This document shows, one piece after another, positions 7,451 through 16,820 of a stretch of DNA of 33,240 bases. The notes under the pieces are model-generated. The model made no database searches and had not been told where the DNA came from. It saw only the letters and a program-made list of their open reading frames with translations. The position numbers and the translations under genes were made by a program. The stretch is taken from the NCBI GenBank assembly GCA_018713405.1, contig DVOR01000156.1, positions 1 to 33,240 on the forward strand, read 5' to 3'. Numbering within the stretch: the stretch's first letter is position 1; every line of letters starts with the position of its first letter. The stretch comes from Candidatus Spyradenecus faecavium (GTDB lineage: Bacteria > Verrucomicrobiota > Kiritimatiellia > RFP12 > DVOR01).

Positions 7451-8410
7451 ATGAAGCGACTTTCCCTTTTGCTGTGTTGCGCGGCGGCCTGCGCGTTCGT
7501 CGGGTGCGGGGACGATTCCCCCACGGAGGCGGAGAGCCAGGAGCGGGCGAAGGCCCTCTTCGCGCAGGCCGCGGCCGCGGCGGACAACGGCGACGCCCAG
7601 GAGGCCGCGCGCCTCTACCGCGAGGTGCTGGGGCTGGACGGCGACAACGCGTCCGCCCACCTGAGCCTGGCGTTGATCGAGGACGACGCGCAGGGCGACT
7701 ATCTGGAGGCCGTCCACCACTATCAGGCCTATCTGGCGCTGCAGCCGACCGCCGAGTCGCGCGCGATGGTGGAGGAGCGCCTGGCCGCCGCGCGCGGGAA
7801 GCTGGCCGACCAGCTGGCCGGCGGCTCGGAGAAGGCGCGCGCCGCCGAGTCCGAGCGCACGCGCCTGGCCGCCCGCGTCCAGGCCCTCGAGGCCCAGGTC
7901 GGCGAGCAGGAGGCCCTCCTTGCGGAGAAGGACCGCACCATCAAGAGCCTGGAATCGCAGGTCGCCACCTGGAGGCGCACCGCCGAGGAGATGCAGACCG
8001 CCGAGAGCGAGGCCTTCCGCCTGGCCGGGCAAAAGGCCGCCGAGGACGCCGAGAGGGCGGTGCAGGAGGCGGACGAGGCGGCCTCCGACGCCGGCGTCAC
8101 GCTGGGCGAGATCGCCGCCGCCCGCGCCGAGGCCGAGCGCATGATCAACGAGGCCGACGGCGGCGTGGCCGCCCGGAACGCCGCCACCCGCAAGGCCGTC
8201 GAGGGCGTGGAGGACGCGCCGCGCCTGGGCGCCTCGCCCGTGCCGGGGCGGGACTACGTGGTGCGCCGCGGCGACACCCTTTCGAGCATCGCCCGCGAGG
8301 CCTACGGCAGCAACGCCAAGTGGCCGGTCATCCGCGAGGCCAACCGCGCGACGGTCAGCCCCGACGGGCGGATCCAGCCCGGGCAGGTGCTCATCATCCC
8401 TGAGCTGTAA
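7451..8410 (+). CDS. Lipoprotein with TPR-like region, coiled coil and C-terminal LysM peptidoglycan-binding domain
   Basis: Signal peptide and lipobox MKRLSLLLCCAAACAFVGC. C-terminal YVVRRGDTLSSIAREAYGSNAKWPVIREANRATV...PGQVLIIP is a classic LysM domain. Confidence 0.8.
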   Translation: MKRLSLLLCCAAACAFVGCGDDSPTEAESQERAKALFAQAAAAADNGDAQEAARLYREVLGLDGDNASAHLSLALIEDDAQGDYLEAVHHYQAYLALQPTAESRAMVEERLAAARGKLADQLAGGSEKARAAESERTRLAARVQALEAQVGEQEALLAEKDRTIKSLESQVATWRRTAEEMQTAESEAFRLAGQKAAEDAERAVQEADEAASDAGVTLGEIAAARAEAERMINEADGGVAARNAATRKAVEGVEDAPRLGASPVPGRDYVVRRGDTLSSIAREAYGSNAKWPVIREANRATVSPDGRIQPGQVLIIPEL

Positions 8411-8418
8411 GGCCGCCC

Positions 8419-8697
8419 ATGCGCCGCTTCCGCCGACGCCGCGACGTCTCGTTCCACCGCCCGGAGAGCGATTCTTTCCGGCTGGACACGGGCGACGTGG
8501 CGGAGGGGCGGCCCTTCTGGGCGCGGCTCTTCGGCCGCCGCGGCAGGCGCGACGTCTTCTCGCGTTACATTGCCGCGGGGGGCACGCGCGACGCGCGCGA
8601 CGAGGGGCAGGACGCCCTGGAGCGGCGGTCGTGGCGGCGTTTCTCGCTCGCGCTTGGCGCGTTGGTTCTCATCTGGATGCTGGGGGCATGGTTATGA
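8419..8697 (+). CDS. Small hypothetical membrane protein (Arg-rich N-terminus, one C-terminal TM helix)
   Basis: 92-aa ORF in the same direction as its neighbours. Its stop overlaps the nspC start as ATGA (8694-8697). C-terminal FSLALGALVLIWMLGAWL. No recognisable SD and no family recognised. Confidence 0.35.
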   Translation: MRRFRRRRDVSFHRPESDSFRLDTGDVAEGRPFWARLFGRRGRRDVFSRYIAAGGTRDARDEGQDALERRSWRRFSLALGALVLIWMLGAWL

Positions 8698-9869
8698 ACG
8701 GACTGCCCGAGACGCCCGCCTTCGTGGTGGATGTGGAGGCCCTGCGCCGCAACGCGGCCATCCTGCGCGAGGTCGCGGAGGCCTCCGGCGCGCACCTGCT
8801 GTTGGCCCTGAAGGCCTTTTCGATGCCGGTGGCCTTCCCGTACCTTTACGCTGAGGGCACCTGCGCCAGCAGCGTGCACGAGACGCTCCTGGGCGGGGAG
8901 TTCGGGGGCGAGCGGCACGCCTTCGCCGCGGCTTTCTCCGAGCGCGAGATGGCCGAGTTGCTCGACGCGGGGCTCAACCACGTCACGCTGAACTCCTTCG
9001 CGCAGCTGGCGCAGTGGCGACGCGTGGCCGCGGCCCACCCGCGCGGCGGGGAGGTCGCCGTGGGCCTGCGCATCAATCCCGAGCATTCCGAGGGGCAGGT
9101 GCCGATCTACGACCCCTGCGCGCCGCACTCCCGCCTGGGCATCCGCCGCGCCGCCTTCGCGGGGCAGGACCTCACGGGCGTCACGGGGCTGCACTGCCAC
9201 AACCTCTGCGAGCAGAACGCCGACTGCTTCGCCCGCACGCTCGAGGCCATCGAGGAGAAGTTCGGCGACCTGCTCCCGCGCATCTCGTGGTTCAACTTCG
9301 GCGGCGGGCACCACATCACCCGCGCGGACTACGACCGCGACCTGCTGGTGCGCACGTTGCGGGGCTTCCACGCGCGGTATCCGCACATCCGCTACTACCT
9401 GGAGCCCGGCGAGGCGCATGTGCTCAACGCCGGGACCTTCGTCTGCACGGTGCTGGACGTGGTGGACAACGCCGGCCCCATCGCCATCCTCGACGGCTCC
9501 GCCGCCTGCCACACGCCCGACGTCATCGAGATGCCCTACGTGCCGCGTGCCTTCCTCGACCTCGCGTGGGACGGCGCCGCGGCGCCCGGCCCCGGCGCGC
9601 TCCGCGCCGGCAAGCCCGGGGAGAAGCCCTGCGAGGTGCGCCTGGCCGGGCCCAGCTGCCTGGCGGGAGACGTCTTCGGCGACTATTCCTTCGACCGGCC
9701 CCTCGTGCCGGGCGACCGCGTGCTCTTTGAGGACATGGCCCTCTACACGATGGTCAAGACGAACACCTTCAACGGCATCCGCCTCCCCTCCCTGTGGCTG
9801 CGCCAGGGGCCCGGCGAGTTCACCCGCGTGCGCAGCTTCGGCTACGACGACTTCCGGTCGCGCCTGTGA
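8694..9869 (+). CDS. nspC: Carboxynorspermidine/carboxyspermidine decarboxylase
   Basis: From MNGLPETPAFVVDVEALRRN...: blocks LLLALKAF, GLRINPEHSEG, IYDPCAPHSRLGI, GLHCHNLCEQN, FNFGGGHHITR and YLEPGEA match the NspC-type PLP decarboxylase family. Alternative ATG at 8688. The 8631 start in the track is an unlikely extension. Confidence 0.85.
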   Translation: MNGLPETPAFVVDVEALRRNAAILREVAEASGAHLLLALKAFSMPVAFPYLYAEGTCASSVHETLLGGEFGGERHAFAAAFSEREMAELLDAGLNHVTLNSFAQLAQWRRVAAAHPRGGEVAVGLRINPEHSEGQVPIYDPCAPHSRLGIRRAAFAGQDLTGVTGLHCHNLCEQNADCFARTLEAIEEKFGDLLPRISWFNFGGGHHITRADYDRDLLVRTLRGFHARYPHIRYYLEPGEAHVLNAGTFVCTVLDVVDNAGPIAILDGSAACHTPDVIEMPYVPRAFLDLAWDGAAAPGPGALRAGKPGEKPCEVRLAGPSCLAGDVFGDYSFDRPLVPGDRVLFEDMALYTMVKTNTFNGIRLPSLWLRQGPGEFTRVRSFGYDDFRSRL

Positions 9870-9884
9870 GAGGAGGCCCCCGCC

Positions 9885-11822
9885 ATGAGAAAGATTCTTG
9901 CCCTCGCCCTTGCCCTTGCGTTCTGCCTGCCCCTCGCCGCGGAGGAGAAGGGCAAAATCGAGCTCCCCGCGCTGGAGCATGAGATCACCGGCCCCAATCA
10001 CGTCTATGGCCGCGCCCTCGACCCCGAGGACCTGGGCCAGCGCGCCGTCATCCTCTGGAACATCTCGCGCTTCGTCGAGCCCGGCTACAACCGCCTCAAG
10101 GCCGCGGAGAGCGGCGACGATGACGACGACGACAACAACAATTACCGCCGCAACAACCGCGACGACAGGGACAGGGAGGGCGGCCCGCAGGACCAGATGC
10201 GCGAGGAGAGCCGCGCCATCCAGCGCGCCTCCAAGGGCGCCGTCAAGGACGGCCGCCTGCTCGTCATCGCCGTCGACCCCCAGCCGGCCGACCCCGAGCT
10301 CCGCCGCTTCCGCACCGACGCCATCCGCGAGCTGAAGCCCTACTTCCCGGTCTACGCCATCGACGTCTCCTCGCAGTACTACGACGCCTCGGGCAAGCAC
10401 CGCGGCATGATCTCGGACATCAAGACCTTCGCCGAGGGCAACCGCCTCACCGACCTCCTCGCCGAGACGCCGGACTATCTCCCCGGGCGCATCATCACCT
10501 TCAAGACCAAGAAGATGGAGACGCTCTCCAAACGCTTCGTGGAGGGCAAGAACATCGAGCAGCCCCTCAAGCAGCTCCGCGCCGCGGCCAACGGCTCCGG
10601 CGAGAAGGCCGAGGAGGCCCAGCGCATGCTCGCCGCCGTCGAGGCCCACCTCGACGCGATGGCCGCCGACATCGACGCCGACCTCAAGGCCGCGCCCTCG
10701 CGCGCCCTCACGCGCATCGAGGTGCTCCTGAAGACCGCGCCCAGCCAAGGCGCGCGCTACGCCGGCGCCCGCCAGGCCCTCCGCGCCAACCCCGCCGTCC
10801 GCCAGCTGGCCCGCGCCCGCGAGTTCCTGCGCAAGGCCAACCACGGCGACGTCGGCCGCGGCGACACCGGGCGCCAGGCCGACGCCTTCGCCAAGGCCCT
10901 CACCCTGATGGCCAAGAGCGACAACGCCTCCATCGCCGCCGAGGCCACCGAGCTCGCCGCCGCCATGGAGCCCTATTCCGCCGCCACCCTCGCCAAGGAG
11001 CAGGCCGAGCTCCACGAACAGATCGCCGCCCGCCGCAAGGCCCGCGACGAGGCCCGCAAGGAGCGCGAGCAGGAGCGCCGCAACCGCCGCTCCGGCCGCG
11101 GCTCCTCCTCGCAGGAGGAGGACGACGACCCCGTGCAGCGCTTCGACACCGCCGGCGCCATCCTCGCCAAGTCCGCCGGCGAGGCCGCCATCGCCCCGCT
11201 CCGCGCCGAGCTCGACCGCCTGAACGACGCCACCTGCAACTACGAGCGCATCCGCGAGAACTACGCCGGCCACGCCGAGCGCCAGGGCGCGCGCAGCGAG
11301 GCCGCCAAGGCCGTCATCGCCGCCATCGACTCCTCCCGCCAGGGCTACCTCGCCGAGCTCGAGGCCATCCAGAAGGACAGCCGCCCCCTGGACCTCTATT
11401 CCACCCGGGACTGGGAGCAGATCATCGAGGTCAACTACCCCTCGCTCCAGCGCACGCCCGCCGGCTCCGAGGCCCTGAAGATGCTTCGCGACTCCGAGCT
11501 GCGCGGCATCCACGGCGTCTACGAGGACGTGCTCAAGGGCACGCCGGACCGCGAGGAGGGCGAGTCCAACGAGGACTACGCCGTCTCCACGAACCGCTAC
11601 CGCCAGACCAAGCTCAAGGCGCTCCTGAAGTACCGCGGCTCGCGCTCCAAGTATGGCCGCATGGCCGCCGCCCAGCTCGACTCCCTGGGTTACTCCAACG
11701 CCGGCATCCAGCAGAAGCTGAAGGACCTCGAGAGCCAGCTCAAGGACCTGAAGAAATCCGCCAAGGAGGCCGAGAAGGCGCGCGAGAAGGCCCAGAAGGA
11801 GGCCCGCCGCAACCGGGACTGA
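9885..11822 (+). CDS. Secreted hypothetical protein, largely coiled-coil, with an Asp/Asn run
   Basis: 645-aa ORF with GAGGAGG 8 nt upstream. Signal peptide MRKILALALALAFCLPLAAEE. Contains SGDDDDDDNNNYRRNNRDDRDRE. Long A/E/K/R-rich helical segments. No family recognised. Confidence 0.7.
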   Translation: MRKILALALALAFCLPLAAEEKGKIELPALEHEITGPNHVYGRALDPEDLGQRAVILWNISRFVEPGYNRLKAAESGDDDDDDNNNYRRNNRDDRDREGGPQDQMREESRAIQRASKGAVKDGRLLVIAVDPQPADPELRRFRTDAIRELKPYFPVYAIDVSSQYYDASGKHRGMISDIKTFAEGNRLTDLLAETPDYLPGRIITFKTKKMETLSKRFVEGKNIEQPLKQLRAAANGSGEKAEEAQRMLAAVEAHLDAMAADIDADLKAAPSRALTRIEVLLKTAPSQGARYAGARQALRANPAVRQLARAREFLRKANHGDVGRGDTGRQADAFAKALTLMAKSDNASIAAEATELAAAMEPYSAATLAKEQAELHEQIAARRKARDEARKEREQERRNRRSGRGSSSQEEDDDPVQRFDTAGAILAKSAGEAAIAPLRAELDRLNDATCNYERIRENYAGHAERQGARSEAAKAVIAAIDSSRQGYLAELEAIQKDSRPLDLYSTRDWEQIIEVNYPSLQRTPAGSEALKMLRDSELRGIHGVYEDVLKGTPDREEGESNEDYAVSTNRYRQTKLKALLKYRGSRSKYGRMAAAQLDSLGYSNAGIQQKLKDLESQLKDLKKSAKEAEKAREKAQKEARRNRD

Positions 11823-11840
11823 GCCGTCCCGCCACGGCAC

Positions 11841-11874
11841 AAAAAAGGGCCGCCCGGCAAGGGCGGCCCTTTTC
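11841..11874. terminator. Bidirectional intrinsic terminator between convergent genes
   Basis: AAAAAA-GGGCCGCCC-ggcaa-GGGCGGCCC-TTTT: a perfect 9-bp GC stem flanked by an A-tract and a T-tract. Lies between the stops at 11822 (+) and 11885 (-). Confidence 0.75.
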
Positions 11875-11884
11875 GTCGTCGGCC

Positions 11885-13450
11885 TCAGCCGACGGAGATG
11901 GATTCCTCAGGGTAGCGCACGTGGTGGGCCTGCGCGCGGGAGGCCATCATGAGCGCGAGGGAGACCGGGCCGATGCGGCCCAGGAACATCGTGAGCGAAA
12001 TGAGGAGCCGTCCGGCCTGGGAGAGGTCGCCGGTGGCGTCGAGGGTGGTGCCGACGGTGCCGAGGGCGGAGGAGACCTCGTAGAAGAGGGCGAACTCGCC
12101 GTGCTTGGCGATGAGGGCGTCCTCGGTGAAGAGGAGGAGGAAGTAGAGGAGGAAGAGGGTGGCGAGGTAGAAGAAGAGGATGACCATGGCCTCGCGGCAG
12201 ATGGCGTCGGGGATGGTGCGACGGTGGAGCTGGACGTCCGGGTTGCCGCGGATGTAGGCGCGGATGGTGAGGAGGACGACGACGAGGGTGGTCGTCTTGA
12301 TGCCGCCGGCCATGGAGCCCGGGGCGCCGCCGACGAGCATGAGGAGGACGGAGAGGACGTTGGCGGGGTGGGAGACCTCGCCCATCGGGATGGCGTTGAA
12401 GCCGGCGGTGCGGAAGAAGATGGCCTGGGCGAAGCCGGCGCAGGCCTCCTCGAAGTCCGTGTTGAAGGCGACGAGGGCGTCGCGCCACGCGCCGTCCGCC
12501 AGGGAGGCGATCAGGCCGGGGGCGGAAGGGTCGTGGACCAAGGAGCCGCGCCACTCGAGGGCGGTGAAGAGGAGCCCGCCGCCGACGGAGAGGATGAGGC
12601 TCATCCAGAGGACGACACGCGCCTGCAGGATGATGTGGCCGCGGCGGCGGAGGTCGCGCCGCCAGAAACGGTAGCGGAAGACGTTGGAGAGGACGAGGAA
12701 GCCGATGCCGCCGGCCGCGACCAGGAGCGCGAGGATGATGAGGATCGGGGCGTCGCCGCGGATGTCCAGCAGGTTGTTCGGGTGGAGGGAGAGCCCGGCG
12801 TTGCAGAAGGCCGAGACCGCGTGGAAGACCGAGAACCAGACGGCCCGGCCGAGTTCGTAGCCGTGGACGAAGTGGTAGCGGACGAAGAGGAGCGCCGCGC
12901 CGGCGACCTCGAAGGTGAGGACGTAGCGGAAGGTCTGCGAGAGCAGGCTGGCGGGGCGGCCGCTCGAGCCGAAGCTGATGGCGATCTGCCGCTCGCCGCC
13001 GAAGGGGACGCGCCCGAGCAGGATGGAGACGATGAGCGTGCCCAGGGCGACCAAGCTGATGCCGCCGAGCTGCACGCACCCCAGCAGGACGGCCTGCCCG
13101 AAGAAGGTGTACGTCTCGGGGACGGAGACCACGGCCAGCCCCGTGACGCAGGAGGCCGAGGTCGCCATGAAGAGGTTGTCGATCAGCGCCTCGCCCAGCT
13201 TGGCCCACGTGAAGGGGCGCCCCGGGGCGAGCCACGCCCAGCACCCGTCGCTCTGGGCCCACGGGGAGCAAAGCAGGAGGGTGCCCAGGGCGATGAGCGC
13301 CAGGAAGGTGACGGCGAGGGTGCGGTAGGGGTTGAACGGCTCCTGCTTGGCCGGGTCGCGGCGGCGCGCGGGCAGGGGCGTGGGCAGGTCGCGGAGGCGG
13401 TCGCGGTAGTCGCGCAGCGCCTGGCTTTGGGTGGGGGCGGCGTCGGTCAC
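11885..13450 (-). CDS. trkH: TrkH/KtrB-family potassium uptake membrane protein
   Basis: GTG start at 13450 overlaps the upstream stop as GTGA. Polytopic protein with repeated pore-loop-like segments (ATSASCVTGLAV, FHAVSAFCNAGLSL, FFRTAGFN, SSALGTVGTT). The 720-aa track ORF (to 14047) is an out-of-frame overlap with the upstream gene. Confidence 0.85.
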   Translation of the reverse strand: MTDAAPTQSQALRDYRDRLRDLPTPLPARRRDPAKQEPFNPYRTLAVTFLALIALGTLLLCSPWAQSDGCWAWLAPGRPFTWAKLGEALIDNLFMATSASCVTGLAVVSVPETYTFFGQAVLLGCVQLGGISLVALGTLIVSILLGRVPFGGERQIAISFGSSGRPASLLSQTFRYVLTFEVAGAALLFVRYHFVHGYELGRAVWFSVFHAVSAFCNAGLSLHPNNLLDIRGDAPILIILALLVAAGGIGFLVLSNVFRYRFWRRDLRRRGHIILQARVVLWMSLILSVGGGLLFTALEWRGSLVHDPSAPGLIASLADGAWRDALVAFNTDFEEACAGFAQAIFFRTAGFNAIPMGEVSHPANVLSVLLMLVGGAPGSMAGGIKTTTLVVVLLTIRAYIRGNPDVQLHRRTIPDAICREAMVILFFYLATLFLLYFLLLFTEDALIAKHGEFALFYEVSSALGTVGTTLDATGDLSQAGRLLISLTMFLGRIGPVSLALMMASRAQAHHVRYPEESISVG

Positions 13451-14133
13451 AGGGCGAGCTCCTCGGGGCTGGGCGGGCTCAGGTGCGCGCCGGGGTAGGG
13501 GATGCCGAGGGCCTCGTACTTGTGGACGCCGAGCTCGTGGTAGGGCAGGCGGTCGATGCGCCGCACGTTGAGGCCGCGGAGCAGGTCGCGCGTGGCGGCC
13601 TTCTCGGCGGGGGTGTCGTTGAGGCCGTGCGCGACGACCTGGCGGACCCAGACCGGCTTTTGGGTGTCGCGCAGGTGGGCCAGGAGGCGCCAGTAGGGCG
13701 CGGGGTCGGCGCCGGTGACGGCGCGGAAGCCCTCTGGCGTGGGGCTCTTGACGTCGAGCAGGATGAGGTCGGCGGCGTCGAGCGCGGCGCGGGCGTCGGG
13801 CGTGTCGAGCGCGCCCGAGGTGTCGATCGCCACGTGGAGCCCGGCCTCGTGCAGGGCCTGGATGGCGGCCAGCAGGGGCTTGGCCTGCAGGAGCGGCTCG
13901 CCGCCGGAGAAGGTGACGCCCCCCTCCTTCCCCAGGTAGGGGCGCATGCGGACGGCCCGGCGGACGATGTCGGGCACGGGGGTCTCGACGCCGCCCTGCG
14001 TGGCCCAGGTGTCGGGGTTGTGGCAGAAGACGCACCGCAGGGGGCACCCCTGGAGGAAGACGACCAGGCGGATGCCGGGGCCGTCCACGGCGCCGAGGCT
14101 TTCGTAGGAATGGACGCGAAGGGTGGGGGTCAT
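13447..14133 (-). CDS. Glycyl-radical enzyme activase (PflA-like radical SAM protein)
   Basis: From MTPTLRVHSYESLGAVDGPGIRLVVFLQGCPLRCVFCHNPDTW (CxxxCxxC cluster), GGVTFSGGEPLLQ, DTSG. ATGA overlap with the upstream GT2 stop (14130-14133). Confidence 0.8.
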   Translation of the reverse strand: MTPTLRVHSYESLGAVDGPGIRLVVFLQGCPLRCVFCHNPDTWATQGGVETPVPDIVRRAVRMRPYLGKEGGVTFSGGEPLLQAKPLLAAIQALHEAGLHVAIDTSGALDTPDARAALDAADLILLDVKSPTPEGFRAVTGADPAPYWRLLAHLRDTQKPVWVRQVVAHGLNDTPAEKAATRDLLRGLNVRRIDRLPYHELGVHKYEALGIPYPGAHLSPPSPEELAL

Positions 14134-14903
14134 GGCGCGCGGCGGAGGAGTTCGAGGACTTTGTAGGCGTATTTCGGGACCATCATGGGCAGGCAGCACC
14201 ACACGCCGTTCAGGCGGTTGGCCCGCACGATCTCGCGGTTCAGGCGCACCTTCGCCTGGAGGCCGTCGGTGGAGAGCCCGCCCAGGCGCATGGCGGTGGT
14301 GCAGAAGGGCACGTAGCGGGCGCGGGCGCCGGAGCGGAAGAGCCGGAGCAGGAACTCATGGTCGGCGGCGATCCGCATGTCGGTGCGGTAGCCGCCCACG
14401 CGGCGGAGCGCCTCGCGGCGGATGGCGAAGCTCGGGTGCGGGGGGATGAGGCCCCAGCGGAACATCCAGGGCCGCCAGAACCCGCCGGCGTAGTAGCGGC
14501 GCGTCGGCGCTTCGCGCCCCGTGGCGTCCTGGGGGATGAAGCGGATGTCGCCGTAGACGGCGTCGAGCCCCGGCTCCTCCGCGAAGGGGGCGCACCAGCG
14601 CGCGAGCACGTCGTCGCCGTCGAGGATGTCGTCGGCGTGCAGGAGGGCGACGAGGTCCCCCGTGGCGCGGGCGATGCCCTTGTTCAGCGCGTCGTAGAGG
14701 CCGCCGTCGGGCTCGCTGGTCCAGCGCAGGCGCCCCCCGAAACGGGGCTCCCAGGCGCGGAGCAGGTCGGGCGTGCCGTCGGTCGAGGCGCCGTCCAGCA
14801 CGATCAGCTCGTAGTCCGCGCCCCGCTGGCGGAGGGCGCTCTCCAGGGCGGTCGGCAGGGTGGCGGCGCTGTTGCGGCAGGCGGTGATCAGGGAAAGCTT
14901 CAT
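14130..14903 (-). CDS. Family 2 glycosyltransferase
   Basis: From MKLSLITACRNSAATLPTALESALRQRGADYELIVLDGASTDGT...LHADD. GT-A fold with DxD-like motifs. ATGA overlap with the DUF192 stop (14900-14903). Confidence 0.85.
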   Translation of the reverse strand: MKLSLITACRNSAATLPTALESALRQRGADYELIVLDGASTDGTPDLLRAWEPRFGGRLRWTSEPDGGLYDALNKGIARATGDLVALLHADDILDGDDVLARWCAPFAEEPGLDAVYGDIRFIPQDATGREAPTRRYYAGGFWRPWMFRWGLIPPHPSFAIRREALRRVGGYRTDMRIAADHEFLLRLFRSGARARYVPFCTTAMRLGGLSTDGLQAKVRLNREIVRANRLNGVWCCLPMMVPKYAYKVLELLRRAP

Positions 14904-15211
14904 GGCGTGACCCCCAGGCCGGCGAGGGTCTCGCATCCCCGGAAGGCGGGGTCGCCGGCGGCGGATTCAAGGACAGCATGGGCGCGCCAGCCGCCCCAGA
15001 CCCAGGGGCGGCCCGGCCCGACGCCGAGGGCTTGGCGGACGAGCCTGCCGCGGCGGTCGTAGAAGCGCGCGTCGATGGGGAAGCGCATCCCCACGGTGTG
15101 GATGGCGCGGCAGGGCGAGAGGAGCAACGCCCGGCCGGGCGGCAGCCCATCCCGGCCGAGCAGCCCGCGCATCCGGGCCAAGGGCGTGCGCGCGACCTCC
15201 ACCTCAGTCAT
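14900..15211 (-). CDS. DUF192 (COG1430) domain protein
   Basis: 103-aa ORF; ARTPLARMRGLLGRDGLPPGRALLLSPCRAIHTVGMRFPIDARFYD matches the DUF192 signature. 8-nt overlap with the exosortase gene's 3' end. Confidence 0.75.
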   Translation of the reverse strand: MTEVEVARTPLARMRGLLGRDGLPPGRALLLSPCRAIHTVGMRFPIDARFYDRRGRLVRQALGVGPGRPWVWGGWRAHAVLESAAGDPAFRGCETLAGLGVTP

Positions 15212-16820
15212 GGGGCGCCGCCTTGTCGGCCCACAGGGTGGGGAACCAATCCTCCATGAAGCGCCGGAGCGCCGCCTCGCCCTCGGGCGTGCGGAAGTCC
15301 AGCGCGTCGCACCGGATGGTGACCATCGCCCAGCGGCGGATGCGGTTGTGCAGCGAGCGCTCCAGGGTGTCGCCCACCACGCGGCGGAGGTTGGAGACGG
15401 TGACCCCGTCGGCGTTCAGGAAGAGGTAGGCGAAGCCCCGCGTGCGCGTCTCCTGCTTGAGGTGGATGGAGAAGAGCGCCATCGGCAGGCTCGGCAGGAC
15501 GGTCCGGACGTCGCGTTCGCTGAGCACGTAGCCCTGGGCGGGCAGGCAGAGCTCGGGGCGGTGGATGGAGCGGCGGCTGTGCCCGGCCACGACCACCGCG
15601 ACGGTGAAGTCGGTGCCGTCTGGCATCGTGTAGATGGCCTTACGGGTGACGGTGTCGGCGGGCAGGATGTCGCGCTCGGCGCGGCTCATGCGGTCGAACG
15701 CCGTCCCGCCGCAGAGGGGGCAGGCCTCCGGCGGCTTGCCCTCCACGTCATAGGCCTGCCACCACGGGCAGTCGCGCCCCTGGCAGAACCACGGGTACTG
15801 CAGGTCGTAGCCCTCGATGGGGGCGAAGTCCGGCGCGATGAAGGCCGCGCTCTCGTAGACGGCCTCGGGCTGGGCGTCGACCCACGCGCGGAAGGCGGGC
15901 AACGCCAACGCCAGCGCGCAGAGGAGCGCGGCGTTGACGCGGCGCAGGCGCGGCGAGGGCTCGGGCGGCGGCGTGGGGAGCGCCTCCTCGGGGCGGTCGC
16001 CGCGGCGGAGCAGGTCGGTCAGCCAGAAGACGCACAGCGCGTAGATGGGCGCGACGATGAAGAGGGCGTTGTCGTGCAGCACCATGCCGGCGCTCTGCCC
16101 CCACAGCTTGCACGTGAAGGCGGTCAACAGCAATCGCAGGATGTTCCCCAGGAAGGCGATGGGCAGGCTGGAGAGGAAGAGCGCCCACCGCCGCCACACC
16201 CCCCGCAGCATGAACGCGCCGTAGGCCGCCGTCCCCACGAAGAGCGCGACGAGCGACCGGATGCCGCTGCAGGGGTCCGCCACGTCGAGCTGGAAGGGCG
16301 TCGCGCCCGCCGAGAGGATGGCCGTGCCCTGCTGCTGCACGTCGATGCCCAGCCCGTTCAGGATCACCGCCGTCACGGTGACCGAGGCCCGGCGCAGCGG
16401 CACCGTGAAGTTGTCCAAAAAGCCCACCGGCATCACGAAGGCCAGCAGCACCACGGGGAACCACGCCACCCGGAAGGCGCCCCGCCCCCAGCACGCCAAC
16501 GGCGCCGCCAGGAGCAGCAGCACCGCCGCCGTCTGCACGAAGCGCGACTGCCCGCCGCGCGCCCCCAAAAAGAAAAAGACCGCGGCCAGCAGGATCAACG
16601 GCAACGCCCGCAGCGGCTCCGGCGCGCCCAGCGCCGCCACGAAGGCCCGCCGCCGCGCCCACAGCACCGCCGCCGCCAGCACCGGCACCAGCCAGACATA
16701 CTCCATGTGCTGCGAGGCGTCGTTCATCGAGCCCACCGTCTCCGACGCCGCGGGCAGCACCCACGCGAGGGCGCAGAGCAAAAAGAGGGCACAGGGCAGA
16801 TGGCGGAGCAGACGGTTCAC
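15204..16820 (-). CDS. Exosortase fused to an EpsI-family C-terminal domain
   Basis: GTG at 16820 (GTGA overlap with the upstream stop). Multi-TM N-terminal half with the catalytic-Cys motif DVADPCSGIRSLVALF and GNILRLLLTAF. C-terminal soluble domain ...FTVAVVVAGHSRRSIHRPELCLPAQGY...FSIHLK...AYLFLNADG is EpsI-like. Linker holds CQGRDCPWW...ACPLCGG. Confidence 0.8.
   Translation of the reverse strand: MNRLLRHLPCALFLLCALAWVLPAASETVGSMNDASQHMEYVWLVPVLAAAVLWARRRAFVAALGAPEPLRALPLILLAAVFFFLGARGGQSRFVQTAAVLLLLAAPLACWGRGAFRVAWFPVVLLAFVMPVGFLDNFTVPLRRASVTVTAVILNGLGIDVQQQGTAILSAGATPFQLDVADPCSGIRSLVALFVGTAAYGAFMLRGVWRRWALFLSSLPIAFLGNILRLLLTAFTCKLWGQSAGMVLHDNALFIVAPIYALCVFWLTDLLRRGDRPEEALPTPPPEPSPRLRRVNAALLCALALALPAFRAWVDAQPEAVYESAAFIAPDFAPIEGYDLQYPWFCQGRDCPWWQAYDVEGKPPEACPLCGGTAFDRMSRAERDILPADTVTRKAIYTMPDGTDFTVAVVVAGHSRRSIHRPELCLPAQGYVLSERDVRTVLPSLPMALFSIHLKQETRTRGFAYLFLNADGVTVSNLRRVVGDTLERSLHNRIRRWAMVTIRCDALDFRTPEGEAALRRFMEDWFPTLWADKAAPHD

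Noticed and set aside
6094-7587. 497-aa minus-strand and 409-aa plus-strand ORFs overlapping the metallophosphoesterase gene and the composite repeat
   Set aside because: R/P/G-rich, spanning intergenic repeats and a divergent promoter region. The 362-aa frame carries the full set of metallophosphoesterase motifs.
8565-11840. 1091-aa minus-strand ORF, the longest in the track
   Set aside because: It lies antisense to two well-supported plus-strand genes (nspC and the secreted protein). Its composition is G/A/L/V/R low-complexity, typical of stop-free antisense frames in ~70% GC DNA. No motifs.
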